Positions 7,939 to 16,925 of a stretch of 21,104 nt of DNA are shown here, one piece after another (positions within the stretch are counted from its first letter, which is position 1; the number at the start of each line of letters is the position of its first letter). The notes under the pieces are model-generated. The model was not told where the DNA came from. It was given only the letters and a program-made list of their open reading frames with translations, and ran no database searches. Both the position numbers and the translations under genes were made by a program. The stretch spans positions 1 to 21,104 of the forward strand of contig JAPLDX010000046.1 in NCBI GenBank assembly GCA_026391215.1, given 5' to 3'. The DNA comes from Bacteroidia bacterium (lineage in GTDB: Bacteria; Bacteroidota; Bacteroidia; Bacteroidales; VadinHA17).

Positions 7939-9066
7939 TCAGATAGTTATTACTCTCTTACGTGCTTCAACATTCCATTGTTCAGTCACTTTCCCATCCT
8001 TCACAACAGAAACTATGTCAAACCTGTCTACAGTAGGACAGATATGAAGAGGAATTGCATACAAAGGATCGCCAATATTCATCATGCCGGCTTCTATTGT
8101 TCTTATTACCATATGTTCTTCATTATGCATAATTATCGAAAAATCACCCGATCCGGGAAATATTATTCTCGGCTGAGGGAACTCTGATGCTACCGACTTA
8201 TGTCCCAGATCAAGACAAACAAGATCCTGTGCCGGTTTGCTGACTACACGGGTTAAGAGCACTGCTGCATGCAAAAAGTCCATATCAGAAAAAGCGCTGC
8301 TGTATCCATAATCCCATAATAGTACTGTTCCGGGACTTAATTCAACATTTCTGCGAAGAGCATGAACAGGAAATGTAGGGGAACCGCCGGCAACGACTTT
8401 TATATATTTGATATTGTCATTCTCCAGTTGTTTCATAAAACCAGAAACTGGAGCAAATGATTCATCACAGATTTTTCTGCGGAGCGCAGGATCGGGTTCA
8501 TGAATATGGCCATCATAAACATGCAGACCTTCCATCTTCAACATTGGCAGATTGTTGATCAGATTGATAAGGCCGGCCGCTTTTTCCCCGGGAACAACTC
8601 CAGTGCGGTTCATCCCGTTGTTAATGTCCAGCCAAATATGAGCTTCAATATTTTTAGCTACTGCCGCATCAGATAATTCCCTGATCACTTTTTCTGAATC
8701 AGCAATACAGGAGAATTTTGCTTCGGGATAATTTTGCTTCAGGTTAAAATACCTGTTGATACTGGGTCCTGCCGGCTGATATGCCAGCAGGATGTCAGGA
8801 GCCCCGCACCGTCCAGCCATCTCAGCTTCAGCTATAGTTGCACATTTGAATTTCTTTATGCCATGTTTCATCTGCAGTCTGATGATCTCAGGCATCTTAT
8901 GTGTTTTTACATGGGGTCTCAGCCGGCCGGCATCTCCAGCAATATTTATCATTCTGAGGATGTTCTCCTCTATGCGGTCGGGATAAACAAGTAAAGCAGG
9001 AGAAAATACATCTCCTACATTATCAATTACATACCATGCCCGATGAGCAAATCCGGACTTCACCAT
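7939..9066 (-). CDS. Fold-type III PLP-dependent enzyme, D-serine dehydratase / D-threonine aldolase (DSD1/D-TA) family
   Basis: SPALLV, RPHVKTHK (PLP lysine), CATIAEAE, GMNRTG, GLHVYDGH, GGSPTF, DLGHKSV, NEEH and HICPT (metal site). Confidence 0.9.
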   Translation of the reverse strand: MVKSGFAHRAWYVIDNVGDVFSPALLVYPDRIEENILRMINIAGDAGRLRPHVKTHKMPEIIRLQMKHGIKKFKCATIAEAEMAGRCGAPDILLAYQPAGPSINRYFNLKQNYPEAKFSCIADSEKVIRELSDAAVAKNIEAHIWLDINNGMNRTGVVPGEKAAGLINLINNLPMLKMEGLHVYDGHIHEPDPALRRKICDESFAPVSGFMKQLENDNIKYIKVVAGGSPTFPVHALRRNVELSPGTVLLWDYGYSSAFSDMDFLHAAVLLTRVVSKPAQDLVCLDLGHKSVASEFPQPRIIFPGSGDFSIIMHNEEHMVIRTIEAGMMNIGDPLYAIPLHICPTVDRFDIVSVVKDGKVTEQWNVEARKRVITI

Positions 9067-9067
9067 T

Positions 9068-9538
9068 TTATGGATTATTTAATTCAAAAACAGCTTCAAC
9101 CTCAACAGCAATACCTGATGGCAGCATCATTCCTACGGCACTTCTTGTTCCGACACCATTTTCTTCTCCGAATACTTCAGCCATAAGTTCACTGAATCCG
9201 TTAATAACTGCCGGATGCTGATTAAAATCTGATGTGCTGTTGACCATCCCCAGCACCTTGACTATTCTTTTAATTCTTTTAAGCTCACCGAAATGTGTTT
9301 TAATTGTTGATAGCATTGTCAGACCTGCCTGTCTAGCGGCAAGTTTCCCATCTTCAGTATTCATGTCAAGACCAAGTCTTCCCTTAATCAGCGTCCCGTC
9401 TGGTTTTACAGGTCCCTGTCCGGAAATGAATAATAAATTGCCCGCAACAAGAACTGGTTTATATACCCCTGCTGGTCCGGGGGCAGGAGGCAACTCAAGC
9501 CTTAGTTCAGTTATTCTTAAATCAGGATTGATCTTCAT
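9068..9538 (-). CDS. Rid (YjgF/YER057c/UK114) family protein, Rid1-like
   Basis: 'LPPAPGPAGVYKP...LFISGQGP...VKVLGMVNS...HPAVINGFSEL..EVFGE.GVGTRSAVG..LP.GIAVEVE'. The catalytic Arg appears retained in TRSAVG. The gene ends 1 bp before the start of the PLP enzyme gene. Confidence 0.9.
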   Translation of the reverse strand: MKINPDLRITELRLELPPAPGPAGVYKPVLVAGNLLFISGQGPVKPDGTLIKGRLGLDMNTEDGKLAARQAGLTMLSTIKTHFGELKRIKRIVKVLGMVNSTSDFNQHPAVINGFSELMAEVFGEENGVGTRSAVGMMLPSGIAVEVEAVFELNNP

Positions 9539-9570
9539 ATATTTATGAGTATTATATATCTTTTTTCTGT

Positions 9571-9610
9571 GCCTTAGCGCCCTTGTGCCGTTGAGCCGTT
9601 GCGCCTTTCT
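9571..9610. repeat. 8-bp-unit degenerate tandem array (5 units)
   Basis: GCCTTAGC GCCCTTGT GCCGTTGA GCCGTTGC GCCTTTCT, directly abutting the phzF-like stop codon. Same unit family and orientation as 7889-7928. Confidence 0.75.
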
Positions 9611-10405
9611 TTATAACAATTCTGCCCTGAAAATGGTTTTCGCCTGCCCTGATATTTCTACCCTGTCTCCCTTAAGAGCCACTTTTAATATTCCGCCTCT
9701 TCTGGAAACCTGGTGCGAGACAAATTCATTCCGGCCGGTTTTGTCATGCCAGAAAGGAACTAGTGCACAATGTGCAGAACCGGTCACTGGATCTTCATCA
9801 ATGCCAAGAGCAGGAGCAAAGCACCTGACGCAGAAATCGAATGAAGGATCATCTGATGGTGCAGTAACTATAAGATCTCCGAATTCGGAATTTCTCATTG
9901 CCTTGAAATCGGGTTTCATCTCCTTTACTTCCTTTTCATTTCTTAACAGAGCGAAGCTCCATCCATGTGCCGTGCGATGCAGTTCGGCAGGAGTGACCCC
10001 TATGATCTTATCGATCCCGTCCGGAATTTTTACAGGTTTCACCTGGTACGCAGGGAAATTCATTGTCACCCATCCGTTATCAAACCTAATCACCAGTTTG
10101 CCTGCTTTGGACATGAAGGTGATTTCTTTATTCTTTTTGACCACTCCTGTCTCATACATTATATGAGACGATGAAAGGGTTGCATGACCGCAGAGCGGTA
10201 TCTCTGCCTCAGGTGAAAAGAACCTGATTTTAAATGTCTTGCCGTCAGGAACAATGAAAGCGGTCTCTGACAGATTCATTTCAGCAGCCATATTATGCAT
10301 CCATTCTTCAGGCATCTCACTCTCAAGAATACATACTCCGGCAGGATTACCTTTAAAAGGCTCTGTGGTGAAAGCATCTACCTGGTAAATAATTTTTGGT
10401 TTCAT
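9611..10405 (-). CDS. PhzF/YddE-family isomerase (diaminopimelate-epimerase fold)
   Basis: YQVDAFT, FKGNPAGV, EMNLSETAF, IRFFSPEAEIPLCGHATL and EDPVTGSAHCAL. Confidence 0.92.
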   Translation of the reverse strand: MKPKIIYQVDAFTTEPFKGNPAGVCILESEMPEEWMHNMAAEMNLSETAFIVPDGKTFKIRFFSPEAEIPLCGHATLSSSHIMYETGVVKKNKEITFMSKAGKLVIRFDNGWVTMNFPAYQVKPVKIPDGIDKIIGVTPAELHRTAHGWSFALLRNEKEVKEMKPDFKAMRNSEFGDLIVTAPSDDPSFDFCVRCFAPALGIDEDPVTGSAHCALVPFWHDKTGRNEFVSHQVSRRGGILKVALKGDRVEISGQAKTIFRAELL

Positions 10406-10440
10406 ATATTATAAAATATAAGGTATAACGGCACTCCTAT

Positions 10441-10540
10441 TGACCCCCCATTTCCCCTAAAGGGGGGCTAATTCCCTGATTATCAGACAATATTATTAAT
10501 AACCAGGATTTAACCCCCCTTCAGGGGGGCAGGGGGGTTG
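10441..10540. repeat. Second branched C/G-tract REP-like element
   Basis: Outer ACCCCCC (10443-10449) / GGGGGGT (10532-10538). Inner CCCCT-AA-AGGGG (10454-10465), CTGA-TTA-TCAG (10476-10486) and CCCCCC-TTCA-GGGGGG (10514-10529). Confidence 0.75.
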
Positions 10541-10598
10541 GTTTTGTCATTCACCGGTAAATTTCGGGTTTTTACTGGTTTTTTTGAAATTTTAACGA

Positions 10599-10636
10599 AG
10601 AAAACTTTGTAAACTAAAATAGTTTTCTCATTTTTG
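10599..10636 (+). promoter_or_regulatory. Efflux operon promoter overlapped by a candidate TetR operator
   Basis: TTTG (10606-10609)-N19-CATTTTTG (10629-10636). The perfect 8-bp inverted repeat AGAAAACT (10599-10606) N14 AGTTTTCT (10621-10628) straddles it. Confidence 0.7.
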
Positions 10637-10655
10637 CAGCGTTTTAATTTTAATT

Positions 10656-11270
10656 ATGGATTACAGGCAGAGAATTCTGGATGAAGCAGCAATCATGTTC
10701 CGCACCTACGGGATACGGGCAGTGACTATGGATATGCTTGCAAACCAGATGGGTATATCAAAGAGAACGATTTACGAGGTTTTTAAAGACAAGGATGAAC
10801 TTCTGTCAGGTGTATTGAAGTGGATGACAGTCAGACAGCGCGAAATGACTACAAAAGTGTTTAACGAATCAGAAAACGTGATTGAAGCGATCTTTAAGAT
10901 GCTTGACATGATGCAGGAACATTTCAGGAATATGAGCCCGGCATTCCAGATGGACATGAAGAGATTTCATAATGATTTGGTCACGAAGCTTACAGAAGCT
11001 GATGAGCTTCCATACTACAGTAATAATGCTGATGTTCTGAAGAGAGGAATAAAGGAAGGTATCTTTCGCAAGGATATTGACTTAAAGATAACAAACAAAT
11101 GTTTGCTTGAGGTTATCAGAATGTCAAACGACAAGGAAGTATTTCCTCCTGAGGATTTTATTAATAAAGATATAATCAGAGACTTCTATATAAATTACCT
11201 GAGGGGTATTTCAACACAAAAAGGTCTTGATCTTATAAATTATTACGAAAGAAAAAGGGGACAAAAATAA
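10656..11270 (+). CDS. TetR/AcrR-family transcriptional regulator
   Basis: N-terminal HTH 'RILDEAAIMFRTYGIRAVTMDMLANQMGISKRTIYEVFKDKDEL'. Confidence 0.95.
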   Translation: MDYRQRILDEAAIMFRTYGIRAVTMDMLANQMGISKRTIYEVFKDKDELLSGVLKWMTVRQREMTTKVFNESENVIEAIFKMLDMMQEHFRNMSPAFQMDMKRFHNDLVTKLTEADELPYYSNNADVLKRGIKEGIFRKDIDLKITNKCLLEVIRMSNDKEVFPPEDFINKDIIRDFYINYLRGISTQKGLDLINYYERKRGQK

Positions 11271-11306
11271 GTAAAGGTCAAAACAGAATAGACAAAATCG
11301 GATTTT

Positions 11307-12641
11307 ATGAAAAGGAAATTTTTAATCACCTCAATTATGTCACTGGCATTAATATGGGGCACTCTTGCAGGCCAGGAGACAGAAAATGAATTGGTACTGT
11401 CATTGGATGAGGCGCAGGAATATGCGATTCAGCATAATAAGATGGTAATTTCAGCCAGACTGGATGTGAATGCATCCAAAATGGCATTATGGGAAATGAT
11501 TTCCGCAGGATTGCCACAGGTTTCATCAAGTGCAGGTATAACGGACAACATTAAACAGATGGTTTTTCTGATGCCTGACTTCTTCGGTGGTACAGATACA
11601 AAAATTCCGATAACAATGGGATCACAGTATAATGCTTCTGTAGGTTTGCAGGCAAGCATGCTATTATTCAATGCTCCTTACCTTGTCGGGATAGAAACGA
11701 CAAAACTTGCAAAAAAACTGGCTGAAACCAATGTCAGCAGCACTGAGCTGGACGTGCGGGAAGCTGTAACATCTGTTTACTACCTTATCCTGGTATCCGA
11801 AGAGTCACTGAGAATTCTCAATGGCAATCTTGAAAACCTCAGGGAAACATTGAAATCGACCAGAACAATGTTTAATGTGGGTATGGCAGAATCGACAGAT
11901 GTTGATCAGATGGTTTCAAATGTCAATATGGTTGAAAATTCCAGGAGTATGCTGGAAAGAACTATGGAGATGAATTACAATTTACTAAGGTTTCAGCTTG
12001 GAGTTGAATCCGATACAAAGATCAGACTCACCGGAACTCTTGACGATCTTACTCAAGCTGTTCATGTCGAAGAACTCCTGTCGCAGGAATTCAATTACAC
12101 AAATAATCTGAGTTATAAGCTCATTGAAGGACAGGAACAGTTGTCTGAACTCGGTCTTAAGGCGCAGAAAGCTCAGGTATTACCTACTCTTGCAGGTGTA
12201 ATTCAGACGACAAAAACAGGAATGGGAGATAAAATGTCAGAAATTGACTGGTATAACAGTTCCCTTATCGCTCTGCAACTATCAGTTCCTATTATTGCCA
12301 GTGGCCAGCGGTATGCCAGAATAAAAAAGGCCCAGATAAACCTTGAGAAAGCGAGAAACACAAAGGATATGATTTCAGATCAGCTCAGAATTCAGGAGAA
12401 ACAGCTCAGGTACAATCTCGTCAATGCCAATCTTCAATATAAAAGTCAGAAAGATAATGTGGAAGTCTCACGGAGAGTTTATACCAGTACGGAAAACAAA
12501 TTCAAACAGGGAATGGCATCAAGTCTTGAACTTACCCAGGCTAACAGTCTGTATCTTCAGGCAGAAAATAACTATGTTTCAGCCCTGATGAATCTCCTGC
12601 AGACTAAACTCGCTCTTGATAAGCTGTTAAATAATATGTAG
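11307..12641 (+). CDS. TolC-family outer membrane efflux protein
   Basis: Signal peptide, 'LSLDEAQEYAIQHN', 'LPQVS', 'LPTL', 'LSVPI', and 'KFKQGMASSLELTQA' (duplicated OEP pattern). Operon context supports the call. Confidence 0.92.
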   Translation: MKRKFLITSIMSLALIWGTLAGQETENELVLSLDEAQEYAIQHNKMVISARLDVNASKMALWEMISAGLPQVSSSAGITDNIKQMVFLMPDFFGGTDTKIPITMGSQYNASVGLQASMLLFNAPYLVGIETTKLAKKLAETNVSSTELDVREAVTSVYYLILVSEESLRILNGNLENLRETLKSTRTMFNVGMAESTDVDQMVSNVNMVENSRSMLERTMEMNYNLLRFQLGVESDTKIRLTGTLDDLTQAVHVEELLSQEFNYTNNLSYKLIEGQEQLSELGLKAQKAQVLPTLAGVIQTTKTGMGDKMSEIDWYNSSLIALQLSVPIIASGQRYARIKKAQINLEKARNTKDMISDQLRIQEKQLRYNLVNANLQYKSQKDNVEVSRRVYTSTENKFKQGMASSLELTQANSLYLQAENNYVSALMNLLQTKLALDKLLNNM

Positions 12642-12675
12642 TAATTAAAAGAACAAACCTTCAAAATAATTAATA

Positions 12676-13740
12676 ATGAAATACTTAAGAACAATTCCGG
12701 CAATCCTTATCAGCGGACTTATAATAACAGGCTGCTCTTCGAAAACTAATAATCCGGTTGCGCCAGGCAATGATTCTGTTACTGCAGAAGTTAAGGCCGC
12801 AATACCGATTAAAGTCTTAACCCTTGCTAAAACAAAAATTGCAAGGACGATAGATTATACAGCAACCATTCTTCCTTTTGAAGAGGTTAATATGGCGCCT
12901 TCTACTCCCGGCAGGATTGATAAAATATATGTTGAGGTAGGTGACAAGGTGAATAAGGGAGATAAGCTATTCCTTATGGACCGCACTCAGCTCTACCAGC
13001 TTAAGCTTCAGCTTGCAAACCTTGAGAAGGACCTTTCCAGGCTTGATACACTTCTCAGATCAGGAAGTGCGAAACAGCAGCAGTATGATCAGATGAAAAC
13101 CCAGTATGAGGTCACAAGGACAAATGTGGATTTCATGGAGCAGAACACTCTCCTCAAGGCTCCTTTCACCGGCATAGTGACAGGAAAATACTTTGAGAAC
13201 GGTGAAATGTATTCCGGAACTCCCACAACACAATCGGGAAGGTCGGCAGTTGTTACGGTAATGCAGGTTAATCCGCTTAAGATAAACGTTGCTGTTTCAG
13301 AACAATATTATCCTTTGATAAAGATAGGGATGAAAGCAATTATAATTGCAGATGTATATGAAAATGAAACATTTACAGGGAAGGTGTTCCGTATTGCACC
13401 CACAATCAGTTCTGCAACAAGATCATTTGTCACAGAGGTTGAACTTCCAAACAGGAACGACCTTCTTAAGCCCGGAATGTTCGTCAGGGTTTCAATGAAC
13501 CTTGGGGAAGTGGAGACTTTTGTTGTGCCGGCCGGTACAGTACTTCTGCAGGAAGGCACCAATGTAAGGTATGTATTTATTGAGAATCAGGGTGATGCAG
13601 AGCGCGTTGAAGTATTGATAGGAAAGCGGTTTGATGATCAGCTCGAGATCATTTCGGAAAACCTTAAAGAGGGAGACAACCTGGTTTCCGAAGGACAATC
13701 CAGGCTTCTCAACAATGATAAGATTGAAGTAGTAAAGTAA
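12676..13740 (+). CDS. RND efflux periplasmic adaptor (MFP), lipoprotein
   Basis: Lipobox LIITG-C, 'GRIDKIYVEVGDKVNKGDKL', 'LKAPFTGIV' and 'LLKPGMF'. Confidence 0.95.
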   Translation: MKYLRTIPAILISGLIITGCSSKTNNPVAPGNDSVTAEVKAAIPIKVLTLAKTKIARTIDYTATILPFEEVNMAPSTPGRIDKIYVEVGDKVNKGDKLFLMDRTQLYQLKLQLANLEKDLSRLDTLLRSGSAKQQQYDQMKTQYEVTRTNVDFMEQNTLLKAPFTGIVTGKYFENGEMYSGTPTTQSGRSAVVTVMQVNPLKINVAVSEQYYPLIKIGMKAIIIADVYENETFTGKVFRIAPTISSATRSFVTEVELPNRNDLLKPGMFVRVSMNLGEVETFVVPAGTVLLQEGTNVRYVFIENQGDAERVEVLIGKRFDDQLEIISENLKEGDNLVSEGQSRLLNNDKIEVVK

Positions 13741-13763
13741 GTTCAGAATAACAAAATAATCAA

Positions 13764-16700
13764 ATGAGCATATACAGTAGTTCCGTAAAGAGACCAGTAA
13801 CGACAATCCTGGTCTTCGTAGCCTTGATGGTCATAGGTATTTATTCACTCACTCAGCTGCCTGTGGATCTGTACCCTGAGATGGAACTCCCATTTATAGG
13901 AGTTGTAACCACTTATGCGGGTGCAAGTGCATCTGATATTGAGACCAATATAACAAGGCCTGTAGAAGATCTGCTTAACTCAGTAGGAAACCTTAAAGAG
14001 ATGACTTCTACATCAAGTGATGGTCTCTCAGTAATATTTATGAATTTTGAGTACGGTACAAATCTCGATGAAGTCTCCAATGATATACGAAGCAGTCTGA
14101 GCTTTATTGAGAATTACCTTCCTGAGGACAGTGAGAAACCAACAATTATGAAATTCAATTCGAGTATGATGCCTATCGTCTTCTATGCTATTACAGCAAA
14201 AGAGAGTTACAGGGGGCTGGAAAAGATACTTGATGAAAAAATAGTAAATCCACTTAACAGGATAGAGGGAGTAGGATCAATCAGCCTTGCTGGGGTTCCC
14301 GGCCGCAAAGTATATATTGATGTTGATCCCAGGAAAATGGAAGCATACAATCTTACCATAGAGCAAATTGGCAATATTCTGCGGGCTGAAAATATGAATA
14401 TGCCGGCCGGCTACATAGAAATGGGGCAGACCGATTATCCGCTGAGAATACAGGGTGAATTCCCCGAGAGTGATATCATGAAGAATATCGTGGTAAGCAG
14501 CTATAACGGCAATAATGTTTACCTGAAGGATGTTGCGGAAGTACGCGATACCATACGTGAAACAAAACTTGATACCAGAATCAACGGTCTCCCCGGGATG
14601 ACTTTGTATGTTCAGAAACAATCAGGTGGCAATACCGTTAAAGTGACAAAAGAAATAGAGAAAACACTTGCATCTTTAACAAAAGATCTGCCGGCAGATG
14701 TAAAGATTGAAAAGCTCTTTGACAGCGCAACATTTATCAAAGATTCAATAAGCAACCTGACAGAGACACTACTTTATGCGGCAATCTTTGTCATTCTCGT
14801 CGTACTCTTTTTCCTTGGACGATGGAGGGCAACTGTTATAATTATTGTCACTATCCCCATTTCCCTGGTGGTAGCCTTTATCTACCTTTTTATAACAGGG
14901 GAATCAATAAATATCATTTCACTGACATCTCTTTCGATAGCGATCGGTATGGTGGTGGATGATGCCATTGTCGTTCTGGAGAATATCACAAAACATGTTG
15001 AAAGAGGAAGCCGACCAAGGGAAGCAGCCATCTATGCTACAAATGAGGTCTGGCTGGCAGTCATTGTTACGACATTAACAGTGGTTGCAGTATTCTTCCC
15101 TCTCACATTTGTAAAGGGATTTACTGGGATACTATTCAAACAGTTGGGTATGCTGGTGTCAATTACTATAGTGACATCAGTTTTTGCAGCTATAACTCTT
15201 ACTCCTACCATGAGCGCCCTTATGCTCAAATGGTATCCGATCAGAAAAGATGCCCCCTTCTGGACTTATGACGGAAGCATCCGGAAAGGGCTTAACTGGT
15301 TTGATAAATTTTATGAAAAGACCCTTCGCTGGGCCCTTTATCATAAAAAAATAACCATATTAATCGCAGTTGTGATTTTTACAGGATCAATGGCTCTGTT
15401 TACTCAAATTGACACTGAATTCTTTCCGCAGGCTGACCAGTCAAGAATTACTGCAACATTAGAACTCCAGACTGGAACCAGGGTAGATGAGACCCTGAAG
15501 ACGACTGATAAGATTGACAAATTGCTGAAAGAAAAATTTCCGGAAGTAAACCTTGCTTCATCATCCACCGGTTCAGATGACCAGGCCGGCTTCTCATCAA
15601 TGTTCGGTGCGGGAGGAACTCATGTGATTACCTATTCCATGAGGCTTGTCCCGATTGAAAAACGTAAAAAAGGTGTAATGGAACTGGCAGAAGAGATGAG
15701 AGCAGAATTTGCCAAAGTTCCTGAAATTATTGACTTTACAGTGAGCACCTCTGATAATATGCCCGGCATGGGTTCCAGTACCGTTGATGTGGAAATTTAC
15801 GGGTATAATATTGCAGAGACAAACGTTGTAGCTGAAGAGCTTGCGGCAAAAGTAAAAATGATCCAGGGTGCAAAAGATGTTACCATAAGCCGCGACAAAT
15901 CAAAACCCGAGCTTCAGATCATTCTCGATCAGAATAAAATGATTACCAGCGGACTGAATACAGCCATGGTCTCATCTGCTATCAAGAACAGAGTAGCAGG
16001 AATGACAGCCACACGTCTTCGTCAGTCTGGTGATGAATATGATGTTGTTGTCAGATTCAAAGAGAGCGCAAGAAGTACCCTTACAGATATCGAAAACATA
16101 GGTATAACTAATCCCATGGGCCAGATAATCAGGCTTGGTGAGATTGCAGTTATCAAAGAATTCTGGTCACCACCGAGTATTGCAAGAAAACGGAGGGAAA
16201 GGATTGTAAATGTATCTTTTACGCCTTATAAGAGATCTTTTACAGAACTGCAGACAGAAGTTCAGAAAGCAATCAACGAGACGCCTGTCCCTCCTGGTGT
16301 CATGGTACAGATTTCCGGGGCAATAAAGGAGCAGATGGAGTCCTTTATGGATATTGCAGTCCTGATCCTGGTCAGCCTGATACTTGTATATCTTGTCATG
16401 GCTTCCCAGTTCGAATCCCTGAAAATGCCATTTATTATTATGTTTTCTATACCGTTTGCTTTCTCCGGGGTCGCTATAGCACTGTTCATAACAAAAACCA
16501 CATTAAGTGTTATCTCGGGCATCGGAGCGGTAATGCTGATCGGTATCGTTGTCAAGAATGCAATTGTTCTTGTTGACTTTATTAACCTTATGAGAGACAG
16601 GGGCAATGAGCTTTATGAAGCAATAGCGATGTCAGGGAGATCCAGGCTGAGGCCGGTTTTAATGACATCAGCAACGACTATACTCGGGATGCTTCCACTG

Positions 16701-16910
16701 GCTATGAGCAAAGGTTCAGGATCAGAGCTCTGGAGCCCTATGGGAGTTGCAGTCATCGGAGGTTTGATTTTCTCAACACTGGTAACACTGGTTCTTGTAC
16801 CTGTCGTATATGCAGTATTTACGAAACATGGTGAGAGAAATAAAACCCTTGCTGTATATTCTGAATTCGATTTTGTGAACGGTAATTCTGCCCCTCAACA
16901 AGTTCAATAA
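13764..16910 (+). CDS. RND efflux permease (AcrB/AcrD/AcrF family)
   Basis: 1048 aa with 'KRPVTT', 'LPVDLYPE', and intact proton-relay motifs GMVVDDAIVVLEN, GIVVKNAIVLVDF and SRLRPVLMTS. Confidence 0.96.
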   Translation: MSIYSSSVKRPVTTILVFVALMVIGIYSLTQLPVDLYPEMELPFIGVVTTYAGASASDIETNITRPVEDLLNSVGNLKEMTSTSSDGLSVIFMNFEYGTNLDEVSNDIRSSLSFIENYLPEDSEKPTIMKFNSSMMPIVFYAITAKESYRGLEKILDEKIVNPLNRIEGVGSISLAGVPGRKVYIDVDPRKMEAYNLTIEQIGNILRAENMNMPAGYIEMGQTDYPLRIQGEFPESDIMKNIVVSSYNGNNVYLKDVAEVRDTIRETKLDTRINGLPGMTLYVQKQSGGNTVKVTKEIEKTLASLTKDLPADVKIEKLFDSATFIKDSISNLTETLLYAAIFVILVVLFFLGRWRATVIIIVTIPISLVVAFIYLFITGESINIISLTSLSIAIGMVVDDAIVVLENITKHVERGSRPREAAIYATNEVWLAVIVTTLTVVAVFFPLTFVKGFTGILFKQLGMLVSITIVTSVFAAITLTPTMSALMLKWYPIRKDAPFWTYDGSIRKGLNWFDKFYEKTLRWALYHKKITILIAVVIFTGSMALFTQIDTEFFPQADQSRITATLELQTGTRVDETLKTTDKIDKLLKEKFPEVNLASSSTGSDDQAGFSSMFGAGGTHVITYSMRLVPIEKRKKGVMELAEEMRAEFAKVPEIIDFTVSTSDNMPGMGSSTVDVEIYGYNIAETNVVAEELAAKVKMIQGAKDVTISRDKSKPELQIILDQNKMITSGLNTAMVSSAIKNRVAGMTATRLRQSGDEYDVVVRFKESARSTLTDIENIGITNPMGQIIRLGEIAVIKEFWSPPSIARKRRERIVNVSFTPYKRSFTELQTEVQKAINETPVPPGVMVQISGAIKEQMESFMDIAVLILVSLILVYLVMASQFESLKMPFIIMFSIPFAFSGVAIALFITKTTLSVISGIGAVMLIGIVVKNAIVLVDFINLMRDRGNELYEAIAMSGRSRLRPVLMTSATTILGMLPLAMSKGSGSELWSPMGVAVIGGLIFSTLVTLVLVPVVYAVFTKHGERNKTLAVYSEFDFVNGNSAPQQVQ

Positions 16911-16925
16911 TTAAAATAACAGGTT

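Noticed and set aside
7870-9610. Octamer arrays as CRISPR repeats
   Set aside because: The units are 8 bp, contiguous and degenerate, with no unique spacers and no cas genes.
9585-10166. 193-aa plus-strand ORF
   Set aside because: Antisense shadow of the well-supported phzF-like gene, with its start inside the octamer repeat and no recognisable motifs.
9611-10405. Phenazine biosynthesis
   Set aside because: No other phz genes are present, and the LCGH motif is the YddE-like type. Stand-alone PhzF homologues are widespread.
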